In this document: positions 19,436 to 27,268 of the stretch, one piece after another
Layout of the letters: every line of letters starts with the position of its first letter
Numbering within the stretch: the stretch's first letter is position 1
NCBI GenBank assembly: GCA_964444135.1
Contig: CAYUFX010000009.1
Coordinates: 22,737 to 86,736, forward strand
Reading direction: 5' to 3'
DNA: 64,000 bases
Source: an uncultured Pirellulales bacterium
Lineage (GTDB): Bacteria > Planctomycetota > Phycisphaerae > Sedimentisphaerales > Anaerobacaceae
The notes under the pieces: model-generated
What the model saw: the letters and a program-made list of their open reading frames with translations, nothing else
Database searches by the model: none
What the model was told of the DNA's origin: nothing
Translations under genes and position numbers: made by a program

Positions 19436-19478
19436 AAAAGGCTGTCTGATAATTATCTCAGCACTTGCATTATAAAAA

Positions 19479-19507
19479 GGCTGGGCTTTTCTGCTCGGCC
19501 TTTTTTG
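19479..19507 (+). terminator. Rho-independent terminator
   Basis: GGCTGGGC-TTTTCT-GCTCGGCC (with G-U pairs) followed by TTTTTTG. Confidence 0.65.
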
Positions 19508-19708
19508 TGCGCGTATTTATACCACTCATAGAAACCGAGCCAACAGTGCTTTTTTAAGGTCAAAAATTGATTTTTTGTAGCATTTGGCAAAAAAATCTGT
19601 CACCAGCGTTTTCTGATTGTCGTAATTCAAAGAAGATTTTATTATAGTGGAATCAAAAGACGGATACGTGTTTCAGTAAGTTCCACAGGGAAATGTCAAA
19701 TTAGACAA

Positions 19709-21025
19709 TTGGAGATGTTTGAGATGGTTGCACTACATGAAGCTGAGCAATTAAGCAGAGATATGGGGAACGAATTATTAGGCAGGATGCCCTGGGGCAC
19801 ACATATTTGCCTGTTTTATGAGACCAAAGAGGATTTGATTGAGGTCCTGGTGCCATACTTCAAGGCAGGATTAAAGAACAATGAATTTTGTATGTGGATT
19901 ACCTGCGAGACTTTCAATCAAAACCAAGCCGAAAACGCGATGAAAAAGGCTGTGCCTAATTTTGACTGGTACCTGGAAAAAGGACAAATTGAAATCCTTG
20001 CGCACCGCAACTGGTACCTTGACGAAGGCCGTTTCGATGCGCAACGAGTTTTAGACCGAGCAGTCGAGAAGCTAAATAGAGCCTTGACCAATGGCTATGC
20101 CGGGATAAGGGTGGCAGGCGATACGGCGTGGTTGCAAAAAGGGACTTGGCGAAATTTCGCTGATTATGAGCACATGGTAAATGAGAGTATCGGTAAGTAT
20201 CAGATGCTTGCTATTTGTACGTACCGACTTGATAAATGCAAAGCACCTGAAATCATTGATGTCGTGAACAACCATCAACTGGGTCTTATACGACAGGATG
20301 GGCAGTGGACACTTACTAAAAATGCCGAACACAAACGGGCTGAGGAGAAGTTTCTTGAATACCAGGCGCAGCTCAAGTCTTTGGTATCGGAACTTTCGCT
20401 GACTGATGGGCACGAAAGGCACCGCATTGCCTCAGAGCTGAATGACCGCATCAGCCAGTCTCTGGCGGCCTCGAAGCTCAAATTAGAGATGCTTCGCCAA
20501 TCCGTGACCGGAAAAGAGCTTCGCAAGGCCTTGAACGAAATCTGTGGCTCGTTAGGTGGGATGATTACGGACACAACATCACTGGCATCTGACTTGAGTT
20601 ATCCTGTACTATACGAGCTTGGTTTTGAGATAGCAGTGGCTGGGTTGCTTTCCGAGGAAATCGAGAAAAAGCACGGAATAAAAACTGAGTTTATAGATGA
20701 TGGGCAGATTAAGCCCTTAGACGATGATGTTCGGTTACTTATGTTTCACAATGTGCAGGAGCTGTTGAACAACATCGCTAAGCATTCACAGGCAACTAAG
20801 GTAATAGCGTCTATCGATCGAGCAGGCACCGGGATACGCGTCACTATCGAAGATGACGGAGTAGGTTTCGACCCTGCTGAAGCGATGTCACAAGCGGTGG
20901 CGCGGTCAAAGTTTGGACTTTTTGGTATTCGTACGAAATTAGCACATTTGGGGGGACACCTTGAGATTGAATCGGCGCCAGGCTGTGGATGCAAGGTTAC
21001 TATCATAGCCCCGCTGAAGCGATAA
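19709..21025 (+). CDS. Sensor histidine kinase with N-terminal MEDS domain (HisKA_3 + HATPase)
   Basis: 438 aa. HICLFYETKEDLIEVLVPYFKAGLKNNEFCMWI is MEDS-like. HERHRIASELNDRISQSL is an H-box of the NarL-partner type. C-terminal GVGFD...GLFGI ATPase motifs. No adjacent response regulator. Confidence 0.75.
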   Translation: MEMFEMVALHEAEQLSRDMGNELLGRMPWGTHICLFYETKEDLIEVLVPYFKAGLKNNEFCMWITCETFNQNQAENAMKKAVPNFDWYLEKGQIEILAHRNWYLDEGRFDAQRVLDRAVEKLNRALTNGYAGIRVAGDTAWLQKGTWRNFADYEHMVNESIGKYQMLAICTYRLDKCKAPEIIDVVNNHQLGLIRQDGQWTLTKNAEHKRAEEKFLEYQAQLKSLVSELSLTDGHERHRIASELNDRISQSLAASKLKLEMLRQSVTGKELRKALNEICGSLGGMITDTTSLASDLSYPVLYELGFEIAVAGLLSEEIEKKHGIKTEFIDDGQIKPLDDDVRLLMFHNVQELLNNIAKHSQATKVIASIDRAGTGIRVTIEDDGVGFDPAEAMSQAVARSKFGLFGIRTKLAHLGGHLEIESAPGCGCKVTIIAPLKR

Positions 21026-21091
21026 AAGACCGGATAAATAATAAGGTTCCCATAACATAATTCAATTGTCTGTCTAAAAAAGAGCAGAAAA

Positions 21092-22897
21092 ATGCAACGA
21101 CACAAATTGGCTTTATTGGCTGCGGTTTGTTTTATTGCTGCCGCCCCTGCCGATTTGCTTAGCAAGAGCGAAGCAGCAGGTGTCGTTTCCGGTGAGCTGA
21201 AAAAGTGGCACAAAGTTTCGCTGACATTCACAGGGCCTCAGACAGGCGAAAATGCCGAGCCAAATCCCTTTCTCGATTATCGCCTGAACGTTACGTTCTC
21301 TAAAGGAGAAAAACGATATATTGTCCCCGGATACTACGCCGCTGACGGCGATGCCGCCCAAACCGGTGCGACGGCGGGCAATAAATGGCGAGTGCATTTT
21401 GTGCCTGATGAAACAGGAAAATGGTCTTATACCGCATCTTTCCGTACCGGGGCAAATATTGCTACCAGTAATGAGCCTGGCTCAGCTATAGCCTTCGACG
21501 GTGTCAAAGGAACATTTTCCGTTGCTGCGACAGACAAAAAAGGCCGAGACCACCGAGCCAAAGGGCTGCTTAAGTACGTAGGCATTCGATATCTGCAATT
21601 TGCCGAGACAGGAGAATATTTTCTAAAAGGCGGGGCCGACAGCCCTGAAAACTTCCTTGGCTACGCCGATTTCGATAATACATACGACTCCGGCGAACTA
21701 AAACGCGAAGGCGAAGCCGCAGGTGGAAAATTTCTACATCGCTACGGCCCGCACGTAAAGGACTGGCGCTCCGGCGACCCAACCTGGAAGGACGGAAAAG
21801 GCAAGGGCATCATCGGTGCCTTAAATTACCTGGCCTCCAAAGGTATGAACAGCGTTTATTTTATACCATATAACATTGACGGCGGCGACGGCAAAGATGT
21901 ATGGCCCTGGACGGAACCCGGTGAAAAATTCCGGTTCGACTGCAGCAAGCTCGACCAGTGGGAGATTGTATTTTCGCGTATGGACAAATTGGGCCTGATG
22001 CTCCATATCATTACCCAGGAGCAGGAAAACGACCAGGGTCTTGACGGCGGTGAGCTCGGCCCACAGCGTAAGCTCTATTACCGCGAGCTTATTGCCCGCT
22101 TCGGGCATCACCTTGCCTTAGTCTGGAACCTCGGCGAGGAAAACACCAATACCTTCGCCCAGCGCAAGGCATTTTGCCGATACATAAAAGACCTCGACCC
22201 TTACGACCACCCAATCGTCTGCCATACTTTTCCGGGCAGGCATGATGAGATCTATAATCCTCTATTGGGATACGAATATTTTGACGGGCCTTCTCTGCAG
22301 ACCAACGACACCCACAACCAGACACTCACTCGGCTCGACCGTTCCGCTTCCGCGGGCCGAGAGTGGTTTGTTTGTCTGGATGAGATTGGCCCGGCCCACA
22401 CAGGTGTAAAGCCGGACAAGGACGATTACCAGCACGATGAGGTGCGCAAGAAACATTTATGGGGTAATCTGATGGCCGGGGGCGCCGGCGTCGAATGGTA
22501 TTTCGGCTATAAATTCGCCCACAACGACCTCAATTGCGAGGATTGGCGCAGCAGAGAGCATATGTGGGACATGACCCGATACGCTTTGGATTTTTTCCGC
22601 AGGAACCTGCCCTTTAGCCAAATGACCCACCACGACGAGCTAACTTCCGCCAAGGATGATTATTGCTTTGCCGAAACGGATCGAATATACACAATATATC
22701 TGCCGAACGGGGGTACAACGAATCTCGATTTGGGCAATAACTCTGCAACCTTCAGCGTACAGTGGTACAATCCGCGTACCGGCGGCAAGCTGCAAAAAGG
22801 CACCATAGCCGAGATAACCGGCCCCGGCTCAGCCGCCATCGGCCATCCACCCGATGAGACAGACAAAGACTGGGTGGCGCTTATAAAACTGAAATAA
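21092..22897 (+). CDS. DUF5060-domain putative glycoside hydrolase (secreted)
   Basis: 601 aa with a signal peptide. KWHKVSLTFTGPQ...NPFLDYRLNVTF...KWRVHFVPDETGKWSY matches the DUF5060 N-domain, followed by a TIM-barrel-like region. Family call is from memory. Confidence 0.5.
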   Translation: MQRHKLALLAAVCFIAAAPADLLSKSEAAGVVSGELKKWHKVSLTFTGPQTGENAEPNPFLDYRLNVTFSKGEKRYIVPGYYAADGDAAQTGATAGNKWRVHFVPDETGKWSYTASFRTGANIATSNEPGSAIAFDGVKGTFSVAATDKKGRDHRAKGLLKYVGIRYLQFAETGEYFLKGGADSPENFLGYADFDNTYDSGELKREGEAAGGKFLHRYGPHVKDWRSGDPTWKDGKGKGIIGALNYLASKGMNSVYFIPYNIDGGDGKDVWPWTEPGEKFRFDCSKLDQWEIVFSRMDKLGLMLHIITQEQENDQGLDGGELGPQRKLYYRELIARFGHHLALVWNLGEENTNTFAQRKAFCRYIKDLDPYDHPIVCHTFPGRHDEIYNPLLGYEYFDGPSLQTNDTHNQTLTRLDRSASAGREWFVCLDEIGPAHTGVKPDKDDYQHDEVRKKHLWGNLMAGGAGVEWYFGYKFAHNDLNCEDWRSREHMWDMTRYALDFFRRNLPFSQMTHHDELTSAKDDYCFAETDRIYTIYLPNGGTTNLDLGNNSATFSVQWYNPRTGGKLQKGTIAEITGPGSAAIGHPPDETDKDWVALIKLK

Positions 22898-22934
22898 GCC
22901 TAACGCGCCAGAGTCGCGATTTCCTCTGCGCTTA

Positions 22935-23112
22935 GAGCTTATCCGAATAACCGGGTCGTTATGAGGCCGAGCGGAAAGTTCGAGACCAAGGCGGCAGGCC
23001 AAAAAGGCTCGCCAGGCGTGGTTTGCTCCACGTTGAGAACATTTTTTCACCGACAACGCAGGCATCGGGCTTTGCAGCCGGCCGCAATAGAGCGGGTTAT
23101 TCAGATAGGCTC
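22935..23112. mobile_element. 178-bp foldback MITE, copy 1, flanked by TTA/TTA target-site duplication
   Basis: GAGCTTATCCGAATAACC...GGGTTATTCAGATAGGCTC. The two halves are imperfect reverse complements. About 93% identical to 24554-24729. TTA at 22932-22934 and 23113-23115. Confidence 0.75.
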
Positions 23113-23774
23113 TTAGTACCCGGTTGTAGATACGAACGTCATCAATCAGGCCGGACCAAAAGGTGGCTAATCCGCCGTAGCTTTAGCGAGGGCGGAAGCA
23201 TCCGGCATCGAGACACCATTCACACATTTACACATCCACTCATCTACCTTCCGCCTTCTATTCTTTTTCCTGATAACCTGCACCCTTAACCCCTGATACC
23301 CTGATTACCTGATAAGCTACCCCAACCATTCTGACCAACTACTCCCCACCTCACTATATATGGCCACTCCCCACCCCACACACTGCAACGGCTGATAATA
23401 TTTTAGAAGACGATAAAAACACCCATATTCCCCATTTTAACAAAATGTTAATTTGAAAAAAGCGCCAATTTTTACTCTTTTTTTGACCAAAAAGCACGCA
23501 TTTTGGGAATTTATGACCAATTTATGTCAATTTACGCTCATCTTTTGACGTTTTTATCTTGCTTATACTGCTATACTGCGAATCTGATTTTTAAAAAGTT
23601 GTCTATGGGCACAGAACTTTCAGCAATTTTTTCTTAAATAAAGCGTTTTATAGTTGAAATATAGGGCAAAATCTTCTTGGTTTTTTGATTATGTTAGTGT
23701 AAAATATGGATGGAAGTGCTCGTTTCAGGTTTTGCATAGGACAAAGCATATTATTTTCTGATGAGGGCCATAAG

Positions 23775-24413
23775 ATGAAAAGGTTATTTTATGGGATTTT
23801 GGGAATCTCAGCGTTGATAGCTTGTGTATGTTTGGCTGCACCTGAGCCGGCTATTGTGCCTACTCCGGGTCAATGGACAGTGGATGTGAAATTTACTCAT
23901 CCCCAGCAAATTGTCCTGCCCACGCGGGCTGATATTCAGCCGATGCGGTTCTGGTACGTGATAATAACACTTACCAACAATACAGATGACGATGTTGGTT
24001 TTTATCCTAAGTGCGACCTGATGACCGACACCTTTCAAATTACACCGGCAAGTAAAGCTGTGACGCCGGCGATTTTTGAGCAAATCAAAAAGCGTCACAA
24101 AAGCAGATACCCATTTCTTGAGCCGTTGGCAAAGGCCGGCAATAGGATACTTCAGGGCGAGGATAACACAAAAGATATCGCCGTTATATGGCCTGATTTC
24201 GATGTGAAAGCCAAGAATATAAAAATATTTATAGCAGGTCTGAGCAATGAGACGGTTGCCATTGACCATCCTGTGGAAAAAGACCAGAGCGGCTTGCCAA
24301 TTAAGGTTTTTTTGCGAAAGACCCTCGAATTAAGTTACGCCTTCAAAGGCGATCCTGCTCTAAGGTCCGGTGCCGGCTTAACTTACAAAGGAAAACGCTG
24401 GATTATGAGATAG
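23775..24413 (+). CDS. Secreted hypothetical protein
   Basis: The ORF track starts at 23706. I prefer the internal ATG at 23775, giving MKRLFYGILGISALIACVCLAAPEP (signal peptide). No family recognised. Confidence 0.55.
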   Translation: MKRLFYGILGISALIACVCLAAPEPAIVPTPGQWTVDVKFTHPQQIVLPTRADIQPMRFWYVIITLTNNTDDDVGFYPKCDLMTDTFQITPASKAVTPAIFEQIKKRHKSRYPFLEPLAKAGNRILQGEDNTKDIAVIWPDFDVKAKNIKIFIAGLSNETVAIDHPVEKDQSGLPIKVFLRKTLELSYAFKGDPALRSGAGLTYKGKRWIMR

Positions 24414-24553
24414 GCTTTCGCGCCTCGTATTTCGCAGCTCGCGTTTCCGACCTAACATATCATATCTTGCATTTCTTATTTCGTATCTCTTTAAGGAAAT
24501 CTGCGCGAGATTAAGTTAAAATAAGCAATTCATGCAAATTAAGAGGATATTAA

Positions 24554-24729
24554 GAGCTTATCCGAATAACCGGGTCGTTATGAGGCCGAGCGAAAAGTTC
24601 GAGGCCAAGGCGGCAGGCCAAAAATGCTCGGAGGCGTGGTTTGCTCCACGTTGAGAACGTTTTTGGCCGACAACGCAGGCATCGGGCTTTGCAGCCGGCC
24701 GCAATAGAGCGGGTTATTGGGATAGGCTC
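24554..24729. mobile_element. 176-bp foldback MITE, copy 2, flanked by TAA/TAA target-site duplication
   Basis: Same element and same orientation as 22935-23112. TAA at 24551-24553 and 24730-24732. Confidence 0.75.
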
Positions 24730-24905
24730 TAAGTCCAGGCCAGGAAAGCACTTGAGACTTTGCTCTCTTAAATGCCCTGATATCTCTCTGTGGATTGGCT
24801 GAAAAATGTCTTTTTAGATTTTTGCAAAAAAAGTAAAAAAATACTTGATATATTCAAACAGCCGTTTTAAACTATCGTATAAAACAAGCGTTTAGGAGTT
24901 TTGAA

Positions 24906-25580
24906 ATGGTGATGTCGCAGGACAATAAGACGGATAGCAATGCTAATAAGGGAGTTCGGGACCGATTGCTTGACGCGGCTGAAGAGCTTTTCTGCGAACA
25001 TGGCTTTGAGGGAGCAAGTATTCGTGATATTGCCGCCTCTGCCGACTGCAATATCGCATCGGTCAATTATTATTTTGGCGGGAAAGAAAAATTGTACGAG
25101 GAAGTTTGGCGCCGTCATCTGATTCCGATGCGAGATGCACGCATTGTAAGTGTCAACAAGGTGATGTCTCAAAGTGATGGCAAGCCTCAGTTGGAAGAGC
25201 TGCTCAAGGCCTTCGCAGATGCATTTATTGGGCAAATGGTTGATGACAACAAATCTCGTCAGTTAGGCATACTTATGGCCCGGGAATGGATTGACCGGCG
25301 CTTACCTGCAAATATGTTCTTCGATGACGTTATTAAGCCCACTATGAGCGCTATGCACAAGGCTTTAGTGGAAACTTGCCCAGGCCTGGATGAATCGAAG
25401 GTCCCATTAGTAGTGTTGTCTATCGCTGGGCAGCTTGTACAGGTAGCCCACATAAAAGCTATATTCGAGCAGGGTGACGAGGCGGACTTACCGATGTTCG
25501 ATTTAACTGAGGCGATTGAGCACATTGTCAAATTTTCCGCTGCTGGTATTCGGGCCTATGCAAAGGACAAATCAGAATGA
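24906..25580 (+). CDS. TetR/AcrR family transcriptional regulator
   Basis: 224 aa. RDRLLDAAEELFCEHGFEGASIRDIAASADCNIASVNYYFGGKEKLY is the TetR HTH. It lies upstream of the efflux operon. Confidence 0.85.
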   Translation: MVMSQDNKTDSNANKGVRDRLLDAAEELFCEHGFEGASIRDIAASADCNIASVNYYFGGKEKLYEEVWRRHLIPMRDARIVSVNKVMSQSDGKPQLEELLKAFADAFIGQMVDDNKSRQLGILMAREWIDRRLPANMFFDDVIKPTMSAMHKALVETCPGLDESKVPLVVLSIAGQLVQVAHIKAIFEQGDEADLPMFDLTEAIEHIVKFSAAGIRAYAKDKSE

Positions 25581-25657
25581 AAAAGCAATTATTTTCAATG
25601 ATGTTACAGGATTTATTAAAAAGAGATGGTATGTAATGTATTTAGCGAGTTGAAGAC

Positions 25658-27268
25658 ATGAAACTATTATGGCAGAAATCGGAAGTCAGAAAACGGAAAT
25701 CAGAAGTCAGAAAACGGAAATCAAAAGTCAGAAGACGGAAATCAAAAGTCGGAGTTTGTCTTCTGTTCTCTTTCCTCTGTCTTCTGTTTTTGGTTGGATG
25801 TGTCAGCAGTGAGCAATTTTATGAAGAGGTCAGCTTCTCGAGAGAGTCTGCGTATCGGCAGTGGATGACCCGCAAAGAGCGCCAAGAGCAGTCTCAACCA
25901 CGTATCAGTGGCGAATTAAGCGCCGAAGATTGCTTAAAGCTGGCGCTGGTTAACAATAAAGTTCTGCAACGTATCACTGAGGAAAAGGAGATTGCCCGCG
26001 GAGAACGGCTAAAATCCTATTCAGCAATATTGCCTACTGTGGGTCTTACGGCGGATTACCTGCGGTTTGATATGGTTTCTTCTATAACTATTCCTGCTAT
26101 TCCTGGACTGGGTCCTGGTGGAAAAATTACGATGGGTGATGTCGACAATTATACGGTAGGGCTGAGGGTTGCTCAGCCGATTTATGCCGGTGGGTCAATA
26201 TGGGCTAAGATACACGCCGCCAGATTGTTCTCTATGCTTACCGACGAGACGGTTCGAGCGGCAGTCCAGGACCTGATTTATATGGCCACTCACTCATATT
26301 ACGATGTATTGCTCAATCAACATCTACTGAAAATTAGCGCTGATGCCGTTCGTTCTTCTCAGGCGCATCTTGATAACGTAAAACAGAGACGGCAGGGTGG
26401 TGTTGCCTCTGATTTTGACGTTCTGCGGGCTGAAGTAGAACTATCGAATTTCCAGGCTGAGCTGATACGGAACAAGAATGCTATCAACGTAGCAAAAGCA
26501 CAGCTACTTAAGGTAATGGGTGTTTCACAGGACAGTGACTTTACGCTTTCGGACGAGCTTGTTTACCTTTCTTCGGAAATGACAGTGGAAGAGGCTGTTG
26601 AAGCTGCTTATCGAAATCGCCCTGATTTATTTAGTCGCGAGTTTGATATAAAATATCAAAAGGAGTTACTCAGAGTTGCAAGGAGCCGATATTGGCCGAT
26701 TATCAGCGGCTTTTATGACAATACCTGGTCGAAGCCCGACCCGCATAACAGGATGGACATTAAGTGGGGGCATCTCTGGCAGGCCGGCCTTATGGCGACA
26801 CTGCCTATATTCGACGGCTTATCTCGCGAAGGTGATGTAATTGTGCAGAAAGCACGCCTTAGACAGGCGCAGATAGGTTTAATTGATGCCGAAGAGACTG
26901 CTTTGTTTGAATTGACTACGGCGCTGCTAAGTATTGAGGATGCTAAGGAGTTTGTTGAATCTCAGTCGTTGAATCTTAACAGGGCAAAAGAGGGACTGCG
27001 GCTTGCGGAAGTAGGCTACAAGCAGGGCACAAATACGCAGGTTGAGATGATAGACGCCCAGGCTGCCTTGACGACGGCGAGGGTAAATCATTACCAAGCT
27101 ATATACTCACACATAATTGCGAAATTGGATTTACAAAAAGCAATGGGAACTCTCACGATGTTTGAAGATGCTGAAGACAAAGGTCAGGCCCAAAATCTCG
27201 AATCGCTCGCTGCAGAAGAAAAGGCTTCAATGGCACTTGATAAAACAGAACGGGGGCAGACAAGATGA
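25658..27268 (+). CDS. TolC-family outer membrane efflux protein (lipobox LVGC)
   Basis: 536 aa with two TolC/OEP repeats. The only in-frame start upstream of the hydrophobic segment is ATG 25658, so the repeat-encoded basic stretch is part of the ORF. Confidence 0.8.
   Translation: MKLLWQKSEVRKRKSEVRKRKSKVRRRKSKVGVCLLFSFLCLLFLVGCVSSEQFYEEVSFSRESAYRQWMTRKERQEQSQPRISGELSAEDCLKLALVNNKVLQRITEEKEIARGERLKSYSAILPTVGLTADYLRFDMVSSITIPAIPGLGPGGKITMGDVDNYTVGLRVAQPIYAGGSIWAKIHAARLFSMLTDETVRAAVQDLIYMATHSYYDVLLNQHLLKISADAVRSSQAHLDNVKQRRQGGVASDFDVLRAEVELSNFQAELIRNKNAINVAKAQLLKVMGVSQDSDFTLSDELVYLSSEMTVEEAVEAAYRNRPDLFSREFDIKYQKELLRVARSRYWPIISGFYDNTWSKPDPHNRMDIKWGHLWQAGLMATLPIFDGLSREGDVIVQKARLRQAQIGLIDAEETALFELTTALLSIEDAKEFVESQSLNLNRAKEGLRLAEVGYKQGTNTQVEMIDAQAALTTARVNHYQAIYSHIIAKLDLQKAMGTLTMFEDAEDKGQAQNLESLAAEEKASMALDKTERGQTR
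25673..25791 (+). repeat. 17 in-register heptamers: 12 purine-rich (CRGAARW) then 5 pyrimidine-rich (TGTYYTC)
   Basis: Read directly: CAGAAAT CGGAAGT CAGAAAA CGGAAAT CAGAAGT CAGAAAA CGGAAAT CAAAAGT CAGAAGA CGGAAAT CAAAAGT CGGAGTT | TGTCTTC TGTTCTC TTTCCTC TGTCTTC TGTTTTT. The 21-nt super-period yields SEVRKRK x3. Confidence 0.9.

Noticed and set aside
20746-21231. 161-aa minus-strand ORF bridging the kinase 3' end and the DUF5060 gene 5' end
   Set aside because: It overlaps two well-supported + strand genes and has no homology features.
22935-23112. 180-nt rod-like structured sequence as a 6S RNA, SRP RNA or other ncRNA gene
   Set aside because: Two copies lie 1.4 kb apart, each flanked by a 3-bp TWA direct duplication. 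The differences between copies are not compensatory, and there is no SRP domain IV motif. A foldback MITE explains it better.
23706-23774. Upstream start MDGSARFRF… for the secreted hypothetical protein
   Set aside because: The internal ATG 23775 gives a canonical signal peptide at the N-terminus. The upstream 23 codons have no supporting features.
25680-25750. Possible CRISPR array (21-bp direct repeats)
   Set aside because: The repeats are contiguous with no spacers, only ~3 units long, built from 7-nt sub-units and lie inside an ORF. No cas genes are present in the window.
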